NCBI GenBank assembly: GCA_035540075.1
Contig: DATLHD010000090.1
Span: 1 to 35,413 of the forward strand
Length of the DNA: 35,413 bases
Reading direction: 5' to 3'
From: Gemmatimonadales bacterium
Lineage (GTDB): Bacteria; Gemmatimonadota; Gemmatimonadetes; Gemmatimonadales; GWC2-71-9
The notes under the pieces were generated by a model. That model saw only the letters and a program-made list of their open reading frames with translations, had not been told where the DNA came from and searched no databases. The translations under genes were made by a program, and so were the position numbers. Below, one piece after another: positions 17,085-25,143 of the stretch. How positions within the stretch are numbered: the first letter of the stretch is position 1; each line of letters begins with the position of its first letter.

Positions 17085-18416
17085 ATGGCCTCAACGCCGG
17101 CCGCTCTCGCCAGCCTTCCAAGTGCTTTTGCCGCAGCCTGCAGACTCTCCCGAACCGAGGGGGAGCTGTTCGAGCGCTGTCGGGTGGCCCTCGTCCGGCG
17201 CTTCCAGAGCGAGCGGATCTGGTTCGGGCTGGTCACCCCGGGTGAGAACATCCCCCGGGCTGGCCCCCAGGAGGGCTTCGACCAGGCGGTCGAGGTCGCC
17301 AAGCTGGGTAGCGGAGAGACCGAGGTCATCATCCACGCCGATCCCTCCGTAGTCGGCGAGATGCGTGCGGTGGCCATGCCCCTGGCGCTCGGGCTCAGCG
17401 TCGTCTTCGAGCTGCGGAGCATCCTCCTCGAGCGCCAGGGTGCCCTGGACGACGCGGTCTTCCAGCTGCGGGCGCTGCGCCAGGTGGCCCGCCTGCTCTC
17501 CTCGGTGCATTCGATCGAGGAGACGGAGCAGCTGATCCTTGACTTCATGGCGGAGGTCTTCTTCGCCTGGTGGGCCTGCCTCTACCGCCCGGAGGACACG
17601 GTCTACGCCCCCAAGGTCTTTCGCTCCCTCAACGATCGCCTCCGCCCCGCTCCCATCGACAAGGCCGCGCTCGACGTGGCCCTCCCGACCGGGAGCGCTT
17701 CCACTGGAGCGGACGACGTCGCCGTCGCCTCGCTCGTCGGGCCCGGGGCCGAGCTGGTGGTGCCGCTCGACGCCGGGTCGGAGCGGATGGCGGTGCTGGT
17801 GCTCGGCTCCCGGATCAGCGACAAGCTCTACGGGCGCGCGGAGCTGGAGCTGGCGGGCACGCTCTCCTTCGCCGCCGCCATCGCGCTCAAGAACTCGGAG
17901 CTGGTCGAGCAGCTCCACAGCGCCGCCACCACCGATGAGCTGACCGGCCTCTACAACCGCCGCGCGCTGGAGGAGCGGCTCGCGGCCGAGATCTCCCGCA
18001 GCCTCCGCCACCAGCTGCACACGAGCGTCCTGCTGCTGGACCTGGACCGCTTCAAGGTGGTGAACGACACCATGGGACACGCCGCGGGCGACCGTCTCCT
18101 CATCCAGATCGCCCGCATCCTCCGCCAGCAGTGCCGCGCGCTCGACGTGGTTGGCCGCCTGGGCGGCGACGAGTTCCTGGTGATTTTGCCGATGACCAAG
18201 CCTGCCGAGGCGCAGGTGTTCGTCGCCCGGGTACAGAACAGCCTGCGCGAGTTCGAGAAGAACAATCCCGATCTGGGCCCGTGCACCCTCAGTATGGGCA
18301 TCGCCGAATCCCCCCGGCACGGCACCACGGTCAGCAGCGTGCTGGCCGCGGCCGACAATGCGCTCTACAAGGCGAAGCGCGCCGGCCGCAACGCAGTCGA
18401 GGTGGCGGACAGCTAG
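17085..18416 (+). CDS. Diguanylate cyclase (GGDEF) with N-terminal GAF-like sensory region
   Basis: 443 aa. DELTGLYNRRALEERL, LLLDLDRFKVVNDTMGHAAGD, intact GGDEF, and an RxxD I-site (RALD) five residues upstream of GGDEF. About 270 aa of N-terminal GAF-like sequence. Confidence 0.9.
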   Translation: MASTPAALASLPSAFAAACRLSRTEGELFERCRVALVRRFQSERIWFGLVTPGENIPRAGPQEGFDQAVEVAKLGSGETEVIIHADPSVVGEMRAVAMPLALGLSVVFELRSILLERQGALDDAVFQLRALRQVARLLSSVHSIEETEQLILDFMAEVFFAWWACLYRPEDTVYAPKVFRSLNDRLRPAPIDKAALDVALPTGSASTGADDVAVASLVGPGAELVVPLDAGSERMAVLVLGSRISDKLYGRAELELAGTLSFAAAIALKNSELVEQLHSAATTDELTGLYNRRALEERLAAEISRSLRHQLHTSVLLLDLDRFKVVNDTMGHAAGDRLLIQIARILRQQCRALDVVGRLGGDEFLVILPMTKPAEAQVFVARVQNSLREFEKNNPDLGPCTLSMGIAESPRHGTTVSSVLAAADNALYKAKRAGRNAVEVADS

Positions 18417-18419
18417 GCG

Positions 18420-18962
18420 ATGGAGCATCCAGAGTTCACCCTGCTCGGCGATGCCGTCTGGCTGGACTTCGTCAACTCCGCGCTCGGCCGTGCCCCCAAT
18501 CCTCCCGACCTCCTGCCCGACGCCGCCGCCTTCGCACGCTGGACGGTCACGCAGCGATTGCTCCAGGTGGATCGCGGCCCGCCCCATGAGGCGCTGCGCA
18601 AGCTCCGCGGTCGGCTGACCGCGCTGGCCGAGGCCCTGCACGCAGGTTCGCAGCCGCCGGCGGGATCCATCGCCGCGATCAACGAGCTGCTCAGCGGGTG
18701 CGCGGGCAGCCACCGCCTGGTGCGTGTCTCGGGCGAGTGGCGCCTGCACTTCGTGCCCGCGCGGCCGCTCTCGCCCCTGGAGGCGATCGCACGCTCCGCC
18801 GCCGCGACCCTGGCGGACCGCTCGGTCGCGGTGCACCGGTGCGCAGGCGAGGGCTGCTCCCTGTTTTTCGTCGACTCCTCGCCGACCCGGAGCCGCCGGT
18901 GGTGCATCCCCGCGTGCGGCGCCAACCTCCGGGTCGAGCGCCGCCGGGGTCTGCTCCGCTGA
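18420..18962 (+). CDS. ABATE / CGNR zinc-finger domain protein (putative nucleic-acid-binding regulator)
   Basis: 180 aa, starting 3 nt after the GGDEF stop. N-terminus LGDAVWLDFVNSALG is ABATE-like. C-terminus HRCAGEGCSLFFVDSSPTRSRRWCIPACGANLRVERRRG has the CGNR Cys4 layout, with CGAN in place of CGNR. Confidence 0.75.
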   Translation: MEHPEFTLLGDAVWLDFVNSALGRAPNPPDLLPDAAAFARWTVTQRLLQVDRGPPHEALRKLRGRLTALAEALHAGSQPPAGSIAAINELLSGCAGSHRLVRVSGEWRLHFVPARPLSPLEAIARSAAATLADRSVAVHRCAGEGCSLFFVDSSPTRSRRWCIPACGANLRVERRRGLLR

Positions 18963-19024
18963 CCCCACCAGCCGCGGGCTCCGCTCCCGAGCCCCTCCTC
19001 GCCTTCGAGCGCACCCGGAGGGCG

Positions 19025-20728
19025 ATGGGGAGCCGATACCGTCTGGAGCGCATCGTCGCCTCCGCTGCCGAGCGGGTCCTGTTCCGGGCGCAGGACGAGC
19101 TGCTGAGGCGACCGGTCAGCATCCGGGTCAACTTCTACCTCGACGACGCCGTCCGCGCGTGGTTCAGGCGCGAGTCCGAGGCGCTCGGCCAGCTCGACGA
19201 TCCCGGAATCCTGCACATCTACGACGCCGGTGTGGCGGGAGACCTCGACTATCGGGTCGGCAAATGGGTGGACGGCGAGGGGCTGCGCGACGCGGTGCGC
19301 CGGGGACCCAGGCCGATTCCCTCGGTGCTCGCGCTCGCACGCGACCTCCTGGGCGCGCTGGAGCATGCCCACCTGCGGGGGATCGTCCTGCGCAGCATCT
19401 CGCCTTCGTCCATCATGGTCAGCGCCGGGGGACGCGCGACCGTCACGGACGTTCGCCACTGCAGCTACTGCCTCCCGGCGATCCCGCCCGGCACGCGGCC
19501 GCCCACGCCGGCCTTCACCGCGCCGGAAGTGCGCGACGGGGCGCCCGGCGACCCGGCATCGGACATCTACACCGTCGGGGCGCTGCTCTACTTCGCAGTC
19601 ACCGGGCAGGAGCCGGCACCCGATCCCGCCGCAGTACGGCGGCCGACGGAGCTCCGACCCGCGTGTCCCCAGGTGATCGAGCGGATCGTCCTTCGTGCCC
19701 TGCGGGCCCAGCCGGACATGCGGTACTTCACGGCGGCGGAGATGCTGGAGGACTTCGCCTCCGATGCCGGAACCCACGACACCGCCTCGGTCGGGCTCGG
19801 GACCATCATCTCGGCAGACGAAGATCGGGCCCGCTGGGAGCAGCGGCTGCGCCGGGCCCTGGGCGACGACTACGAGCTCCTCGACCTGCTGGGCACCGGC
19901 GGCTTCGGCCGGGTGTACCGGGTGCGCGATCTCCAGCTGGAGCGACTGGTCGCGCTCAAGGTGCTGCACCCGGCCTTGATCCGCGACCCGAGCGTGGTCG
20001 AGCGGTTCCGGCGCGAGGCTCAGCTCGCCGCCCGGCTCTACCACCCCAACATCGTCAACATCTACGAGATCGGCGGCCGGTCGGGGTTGATCTGGTACAC
20101 GATGGAGCTGATCGACGGGCCCAGCCTGGCCCAGCTGGTGACCCGACAGGGGCCACTGCCCCTCGACCAGGTGCTCCGAGTGCTGCGCGAGGGGCTCTCC
20201 GCGCTGGCGCATGCTCACGGCCTGGGCCTGGTGCATCGGGACATCAAGCCTGAGAACCTGCTCATCGCGCCAGACGGGAGCCTGCAGATCACGGACTTCG
20301 GGCTGGCGCTTGCGCTTCGGCAAAAATTCGGGGGCGCCACCAGTCAGAGCGGAACACCCCAGTTCGCAAGTCCCGAGCAGCTCCTCGGGGAGCGAGTGGA
20401 CCAGCGCTCCGACCTGTACAGCCTGGCCGCGGTCGCGTATTTCGCCCTGCTGGGGAGGCCGCCGTTCCCCGGCCTCACGCCGGAGCAGGTGCTCGCGCGG
20501 CAGACCACCAACCAGCTTCCGGACGCCATCGAGCGGCGCGAGGATGTCAGCGACGGGTTGCGGGAGGTGCTGGATCGGGCGCTGCAGGCGGATCCCGCGG
20601 CGCGTTTCGGGTCGGCGGCGGAGTTCCTACAGGCGGTAAATCGGGCGGCCGATACGGACGCCCGGGAGCCGGTGGCGGACTGGGCCCGGGCGGCCGCACG
20701 ATGGCTCCGCGGCTCCCCCCTTGACTAA
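19025..20728 (+). CDS. Hanks-type Ser/Thr protein kinase with an N-terminal degenerate (pseudo)kinase domain: tandem pseudokinase-kinase, 567 aa
   Basis: Part of ORF 18698..20728. ATG at 19025 is preceded by GGAGGG. The C-terminal half has GTGGFGRV, VALK, HRDIKPEN, DFG and SPE. The N-terminal half aligns motif by motif but lacks the catalytic residues (VSIRV, LRSISPSS, DVR). Confidence 0.88.
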   Translation: MGSRYRLERIVASAAERVLFRAQDELLRRPVSIRVNFYLDDAVRAWFRRESEALGQLDDPGILHIYDAGVAGDLDYRVGKWVDGEGLRDAVRRGPRPIPSVLALARDLLGALEHAHLRGIVLRSISPSSIMVSAGGRATVTDVRHCSYCLPAIPPGTRPPTPAFTAPEVRDGAPGDPASDIYTVGALLYFAVTGQEPAPDPAAVRRPTELRPACPQVIERIVLRALRAQPDMRYFTAAEMLEDFASDAGTHDTASVGLGTIISADEDRARWEQRLRRALGDDYELLDLLGTGGFGRVYRVRDLQLERLVALKVLHPALIRDPSVVERFRREAQLAARLYHPNIVNIYEIGGRSGLIWYTMELIDGPSLAQLVTRQGPLPLDQVLRVLREGLSALAHAHGLGLVHRDIKPENLLIAPDGSLQITDFGLALALRQKFGGATSQSGTPQFASPEQLLGERVDQRSDLYSLAAVAYFALLGRPPFPGLTPEQVLARQTTNQLPDAIERREDVSDGLREVLDRALQADPAARFGSAAEFLQAVNRAADTDAREPVADWARAAARWLRGSPLD

Positions 20729-20833
20729 ACGTTGCGCCTCTACAGATTTGTCGGCGCGAATCTCTCCCTTTGGAGCTCTTACAGCATCACAGGCATTCTG
20801 AGACCCGGGTAGTTCGCTGACGGGTCCTTTCAT

Positions 20834-20869
20834 TTTTTATGACGCAGGACTGGCCTGCGATCATAAAAA
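20834..20869 (+). promoter_or_regulatory. AT-flanked palindrome/hairpin in the cspA upstream region (promoter, operator or 5'-UTR element)
   Basis: TTTTTATGACGCAGG-actgg-CCTGCGATCATAAAAA: 15 bp of pairing with one bulged A, centred about 75 nt upstream of the cspA ATG. It lies in the least GC-rich stretch of the window. Confidence 0.4.
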
Positions 20870-20927
20870 CTCGGTGTGCCGGGACTCCGGGGCACCGACG
20901 CAGGCAAACAAACATGGAGTAGGACCA

Positions 20928-21140
20928 ATGGCTCGCACGCTCGGCACGGTGAAGTGGTTCAACGACGCAAAGGGTTTTGGTTTCATCACGCCGGAGAACG
21001 GGGACAAGGACTGCTTCGTCCACCACACCGCCATCAAGGCGGATGGGTTCCGCAGTCTCTCCGAGGGTGACCGGGTGGAGTTCGACATCGTGCAGGGTGC
21101 GAAGGGCCCCGCCGCCGAGAACGTAACCAAGGTCAAGTAA
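20928..21140 (+). CDS. cspA: Cold-shock protein (CspA family)
   Basis: 70 aa within ORF 20874..21140. GGAG is 8 nt upstream of the ATG at 20928. RNP1/RNP2 motifs [17 protein letters not shown] and DCFVHHTAI. Confidence 0.95.
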   Translation: MARTLGTVKWFNDAKGFGFITPENGDKDCFVHHTAIKADGFRSLSEGDRVEFDIVQGAKGPAAENVTKVK

Positions 21141-21156
21141 GCACCGTCCAAGCAAA

Positions 21157-21186
21157 GCGGGCCGCCAGTGGGCGGCCCGTTTTGTT
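21157..21186. terminator. Rho-independent terminator, plausibly bidirectional, between convergent cspA and infA
   Basis: GCGGGCCGCC-agtg-GGCGGCCCGT, followed by TTTGTT on the + strand. It is preceded by GCAAA, which reads TTTGC after the hairpin on the - strand. It starts 17 nt after the cspA stop. Confidence 0.7.
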
Positions 21187-21199
21187 ATCGGTTCCGTTC

Positions 21200-21221
21200 C
21201 CCTCGCTACGCTCGGGGTGAC
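21200..21221. repeat. Solo arm (half copy) of the REP-like element
   Basis: CCCTCGCTACGCTCGGGGTGAC matches the right arm of copy 3 (CCCTCGCTTCGCTCGGGATGAC) at 20 of 22 positions. I found no partner arm nearby. It lies 21 nt downstream of the infA stop. Confidence 0.5.
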
Positions 21222-21241
21222 TCAGCCGCCCGGCGGCCTCG

Positions 21242-21460
21242 TCACTTGTGTCGGTAGATGACGCGACCCCTGGTCAGGTCGTAGGGCGAGAGCACGACGC
21301 TCACGCGGTCGCCTTCCAGCACCCGGATCTTGAACTTGCTCATCTTCCCGGCGGCGTACGCCAGGATCTCATGGCCGTTCTCCAGCATGACCCGGTAGTT
21401 GCGGTCGGGCAGGACCTCGGTCACGACGCCTTCCATCTCGATCCCTTCTTCTTTCGCCAT
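21242..21460 (-). CDS. infA: Translation initiation factor IF-1
   Basis: 72 aa ([72 protein letters not shown]) within ORF 21242..21553. GGAGAGAG lies upstream of the ATG at 21460. Confidence 0.95.
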   Translation of the reverse strand: MAKEEGIEMEGVVTEVLPDRNYRVMLENGHEILAYAAGKMSKFKIRVLEGDRVSVVLSPYDLTRGRVIYRHK

Positions 21461-21628
21461 CCACTCTCTCCGCTGCGGGAACCATCTCACACGGCACCGG
21501 AACCCCGGGCCGGCGGCAGGGAATCTTGCGCCAGCAGGCTCGGGAAGCAACATCTTGGCCCACTTGCCTGAAGGCCACGGACACGGAGGATTGCGTCGTC
21601 TCGTCAGGAGTCGGCACCTAGAACGAGG

Positions 21629-23341
21629 CTAGGCCGCAGGCAGCTCCGCCCGGACCCGCTCGATCTCCGCCTCAACCAGCTGCACCAGCTCACCGAGCTT
21701 CTTCGCGTCGAACGTGAGCTCCGCGCCGGCCGCGCGGTAGATGTCCGGAAGGCCCCGCACGGCGCCGAGCGCCAGGGCGCCGCGATACTGGGCCACCGCC
21801 CGGGCGTGATCGCGACGGCTGTTGCGCCAGACCTGGAGTGCCCCGATCTGGGCGATGCCGTACTCGATGTAGTAAAAGGGGTACTGGAAGATGTGGAGCT
21901 GACGGTACCAGCGGGCCACCCGCTCCTGCTGCAGATCGCTCCAGTTCACGCCCCGCTCGAAACGCTCGCGGATGCGGAGCCAGGCGGCGTCGCGCGCCGC
22001 AGCATCGCCGCCCTCGCCGCTGGTGTAGATCCAGCCCTGGAACGCATCCACCGACGCGATGTGCGCCAGGCTGAGCAGGATGTCCTCCAGGTGCTCGAGC
22101 CAGGCGCTGCGATGATCCGCCGGCGTGAAGTAGCCGACCGGCTGCGCCAGCTGCGGTCCCGCGAGGAGCTCCATGGACATGGAGGCCAGCTCCGCGGCCT
22201 CCGAGCCGGGGTGCCGCTGCCAGATCAGCGGCTGCTCGTGCGCGGCGAAGGCGTGGAACGCGTGCCCCGCCTCATGCAGCAGGGTCATGACGTCGTCCAC
22301 CAGGCCCACCGCGTTCATGAAGATGAAGGGGCGACCCCGGTAGTGCAGCGTCTCGCAGTAACCGCCCGGCGCCTTGCCCTTCCGGCTGTCTAGGTCCAGC
22401 AATCCCTCGTCGATCATGACCTGGAACTCGCTGCCGAGCGCGGGATCGACCCGCTCGAAGACCCCGCGAGCCCTGCCGACGAACTCGTCGGTCGTGGCGA
22501 AGGGCCGTAGCGGCGCGTTGCGGTACGGATCCACGGCCATGTCCCAGGGCCGGAGCTGGTCCAGCGAGAGCCGCCGCCGCCGTACCGCGAGCATCCGCTC
22601 CACCGCCGGCGCCACCGTGGCTTCCACCGCCTCGTGGAAACGCACGCAGTCCGACGGGGTGTAGTCGAACCGGAACTTGGCGGGAAAGATGTAGTCTCTG
22701 AAGTTGGCGAAGCCGGCGTTCCGCGCCGCCCGCTGGCGCAGCTCGTACATCCGGTCGAACAGTGAGGCGAGGTTCGCCCGCTGCTCGATGTAGGGCGCCG
22801 CGGCCGCGCGGAAGGCTCGTTCCCGCACCGTGCGATCGGGGCTCTTGAGGTACGGCTGCAGCTGCGGCAGCGGACGCTCCTGCCCTTCCCACTCCACCGT
22901 CATGGACCCGGTGATCCGCTGGTACCGCGCGCTCAGCTCCTCCAGCTCCGAGAAGATGGGGACGTTGGCCTCGCGGAAGATCTCGATCGAGGTGCGGAAG
23001 CGGGCGAGCGTGGTCTCCAGCGCCGGGGTGCGATAGCCCGACTCCACCAGCCGCCGGGCCAGCTCCACGCTGCGCTCCTCCATTTTCGGAAGCACCTCGG
23101 TGGAGAACCGCAGGTGATCCGCTTCCTTCTCCGGATCGGACGTGTCGATCGTGTAGGCGATCATGGCCACCGCGGCCGCCTCGGTGACCAGCTCCTCCAG
23201 TGTGGACCACGTCTGCAGCCAGCCTTCGATCGTGCTCTCGTCCAGTGGTCGCTCGGCGAGGTCGTCGAAGTACGGCACGAGGTCCTCCCAGCGCGCCTTG
23301 GCAAGCGCGGCGGGAGAGGAAGGAAGGGCCAGCACGGGCAC
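21629..23341 (-). CDS. M3-family oligoendopeptidase (PepF-like)
   Basis: ORF 21629..23476. Zinc motif LLHEAGHAFH, downstream SEAAELASM, and overall M3B-like length. The ATG at 23476 would overlap the upstream amidase gene by 74 nt. An in-frame GTG at 23341 is preceded by AGGAG 6 nt upstream and is preferred; the start remains uncertain. Confidence 0.85.
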   Translation of the reverse strand: MPVLALPSSPAALAKARWEDLVPYFDDLAERPLDESTIEGWLQTWSTLEELVTEAAAVAMIAYTIDTSDPEKEADHLRFSTEVLPKMEERSVELARRLVESGYRTPALETTLARFRTSIEIFREANVPIFSELEELSARYQRITGSMTVEWEGQERPLPQLQPYLKSPDRTVRERAFRAAAAPYIEQRANLASLFDRMYELRQRAARNAGFANFRDYIFPAKFRFDYTPSDCVRFHEAVEATVAPAVERMLAVRRRRLSLDQLRPWDMAVDPYRNAPLRPFATTDEFVGRARGVFERVDPALGSEFQVMIDEGLLDLDSRKGKAPGGYCETLHYRGRPFIFMNAVGLVDDVMTLLHEAGHAFHAFAAHEQPLIWQRHPGSEAAELASMSMELLAGPQLAQPVGYFTPADHRSAWLEHLEDILLSLAHIASVDAFQGWIYTSGEGGDAAARDAAWLRIRERFERGVNWSDLQQERVARWYRQLHIFQYPFYYIEYGIAQIGALQVWRNSRRDHARAVAQYRGALALGAVRGLPDIYRAAGAELTFDAKKLGELVQLVEAEIERVRAELPAA

Positions 23342-23402
23342 GACGAGCTCCTGATCGGGGGTGGGAATGTCGGTCAGGAGATATAGGCGAAGATGGCGCA
23401 GG

Positions 23403-24803
23403 TCACAATCCCGGCGGAGCCAGGCGGTGAAAATTTGTGCGCTGCTGGTAGCGACGGCCGATCGCGAGCAGCACACCCTCGCCGAGGGCGCGACCGGTAA
23501 GCTGGAGACTGGTGGGCAGGCCGCTCTCGCCGGTGCCGTTCATGAGAAAGAGACCCGGCACGCCGCACAGGTTCGCCGCTCCGCCGATGCTCGCGCCGCC
23601 CGGGTAATCGGGGTAGACCTTGTCGAACGCGGCGTCGATCGGCCAGGCGACGGTCGGCAGCGTCGGCGCGACGATGGCGTCCACCTTCGCCAGGAGCGCG
23701 TCCAGCGCCGCCGACGCAGGCCGTCGCACCCGCAGGGCGCGAATGTAGTCCTTGGCCAACACCACCTGCCCCGCATAGCCGCCGATGCGGTCCTCAGGCG
23801 CGGTGAGCTCGGTGATCCTTCCGCTCTCGATCAGGGACTCGAAGGCGCTCGCCGCCTCGGCGTCGATCACGATCGAGGCCATCTCATCGTACGGGTAGCC
23901 CGGCAGCTCCAGCTCCTCCTCGACTTCCGCGAAGTCGCGCAGCGCGCGGAGGGATTCCTCGAAGTTGCGACGGACCTCGGGCTGGGTCTTCTCCAGCGTT
24001 CCCTTCAGCATGCCGAGGCGGTAGCGCTTCCGTTCGGCGGATCGGTCGGGGAACGCGAAGGGGAGGTCCAGCGCGGAGGGATCGGCCGGGTCCGGGCCGG
24101 CGATCGCCGCGAGGACGAGCCCGCAGTCCTCGGCTGTGCGCGCGATCGGACCCAGCTTGTCCATCGTCCAGCTCAGGGCCATGGCGCCGTGGCGGCTCAC
24201 CCGCCCGTAGGTGGGTCGCAGGCCGGTGACGCCGCAGAAGGCGGCGGGAAACTGGATCGACCCCCAGGTCTCCGAGCCGATGGCGAAGGGCACCAGGCCG
24301 GCACTCACGGCGGAACCCGACCCGCTGGAGGAGCCGCCCGACCATCGGGCCCGGTCCCAGGGCGAGCGCCCGGGACCGGTGAAGCTCGCGAAAGCCTGGT
24401 TGTAGCCCATGCCCCCAGCCAGCTCGACCATGGCGAGCTTGGCACAGAGCACCGCACCGGCCTCCCGGAGTTTTCTCACCACCGTCGCATCGCGACGAAG
24501 CATCTGCCCGCGGTACGGTTCGGCCCCCCAGCTGGTGGGTGCCCCCTCGGCAGCGAGGAGGTCCTTGGCACCGTACGGAACGCCGTGCAGAGGCCCACGA
24601 TCTTTTCCCTTCGCTAGCTCGACGTCGCGCTGCCGTGCCTCCGCCAGCGCCTGCGGGCGAAGCACCGTCACGACCGCATTGTACGCCGGCCCCAGGCGCT
24701 CGAGCCGGGCCAGACAATGCTCCGCGAGCTCAACCGCCGACACCCGGCGGTCACGCAGTAATCGGCCCAGCTCCGGGATGGTGAGCCAGGTCGGATCGCT
24801 CAC
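23403..24803 (-). CDS. Amidase-signature family amidase (GatA/AtzE-like), no signal peptide
   Basis: C-terminal 466 aa of ORF 23403..25316. GTG at 24803 (VSDPTWLTIPELG...) overlaps the TGA of the upstream small ORF. Motifs GVPYGAKDLL (Lys), GGSSSGSGSAVSAGLVPFAIGSETWGSIQFPAAFCG (Ser-cisSer). Confidence 0.9.
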   Translation of the reverse strand: MSDPTWLTIPELGRLLRDRRVSAVELAEHCLARLERLGPAYNAVVTVLRPQALAEARQRDVELAKGKDRGPLHGVPYGAKDLLAAEGAPTSWGAEPYRGQMLRRDATVVRKLREAGAVLCAKLAMVELAGGMGYNQAFASFTGPGRSPWDRARWSGGSSSGSGSAVSAGLVPFAIGSETWGSIQFPAAFCGVTGLRPTYGRVSRHGAMALSWTMDKLGPIARTAEDCGLVLAAIAGPDPADPSALDLPFAFPDRSAERKRYRLGMLKGTLEKTQPEVRRNFEESLRALRDFAEVEEELELPGYPYDEMASIVIDAEAASAFESLIESGRITELTAPEDRIGGYAGQVVLAKDYIRALRVRRPASAALDALLAKVDAIVAPTLPTVAWPIDAAFDKVYPDYPGGASIGGAANLCGVPGLFLMNGTGESGLPTSLQLTGRALGEGVLLAIGRRYQQRTNFHRLAPPGL

Positions 24804-25126
24804 CCGACACTCGGAGCGCGGACGGGTGAGAAAACGAAATCGGGCTCGTCGCCGTTGGAGAGCGGGACCTTGCGCAGCTTCGCCGCTCGCTCGAGCGCGG
24901 CCTGGATCTGGTGGGAGATGACGTCGAAGTCGGACTCGAGCAGCCGGTCTCCGTATTGGGCACGGATCGCACCGGTGAGGGCCTTCGCCAGCGAGGCGGG
25001 GTCCACGACGCCGGCGCCCGACTCGAGCGCCGGGAAGCTCATCAATCCGGCCCGATGACCTACCAATGGCGCGAGGCTCGCGAGGGCGATCGCCTCGGCG
25101 AACTCGCGGCGGTTCATGTCGGACAT
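24800..25126 (-). CDS. Small protein (108 aa) with twin-arginine-type signal; possible GatC/AtzG-like partner subunit of the downstream amidase
   Basis: MSDMNRREFAEAIALASLAPLVG: an RR-x-F Tat-like n-region plus a hydrophobic h-region. Protein-like composition. The C-terminus ...AAKLRKVPLSNGDEPDFVFSP resembles the tail of small amidase partner subunits. 4-nt GTGA overlap with the amidase start. Confidence 0.6.
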   Translation of the reverse strand: MSDMNRREFAEAIALASLAPLVGHRAGLMSFPALESGAGVVDPASLAKALTGAIRAQYGDRLLESDFDVISHQIQAALERAAKLRKVPLSNGDEPDFVFSPVRAPSVG

Positions 25127-25143
25127 GCGACCTCCGGCCGAGT

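Noticed and set aside
20627-21155. Small minus-strand ORFs 20627..20833 and 20787..21155 in and opposite the cspA region
   Set aside because: They overlap the kinase 3' end or are antisense to cspA. They lack an SD and have poor composition. The region is better explained as the cspA promoter and leader.
23342-23476. ATG at 23476 as the start of the M3 oligoendopeptidase
   Set aside because: It would overlap the amidase 3' end by 74 nt and add a Cys/Ser/Arg-rich, non-homologous N-terminus. The GTG at 23341 with AGGAG 6 nt upstream fits better. This is not proven.
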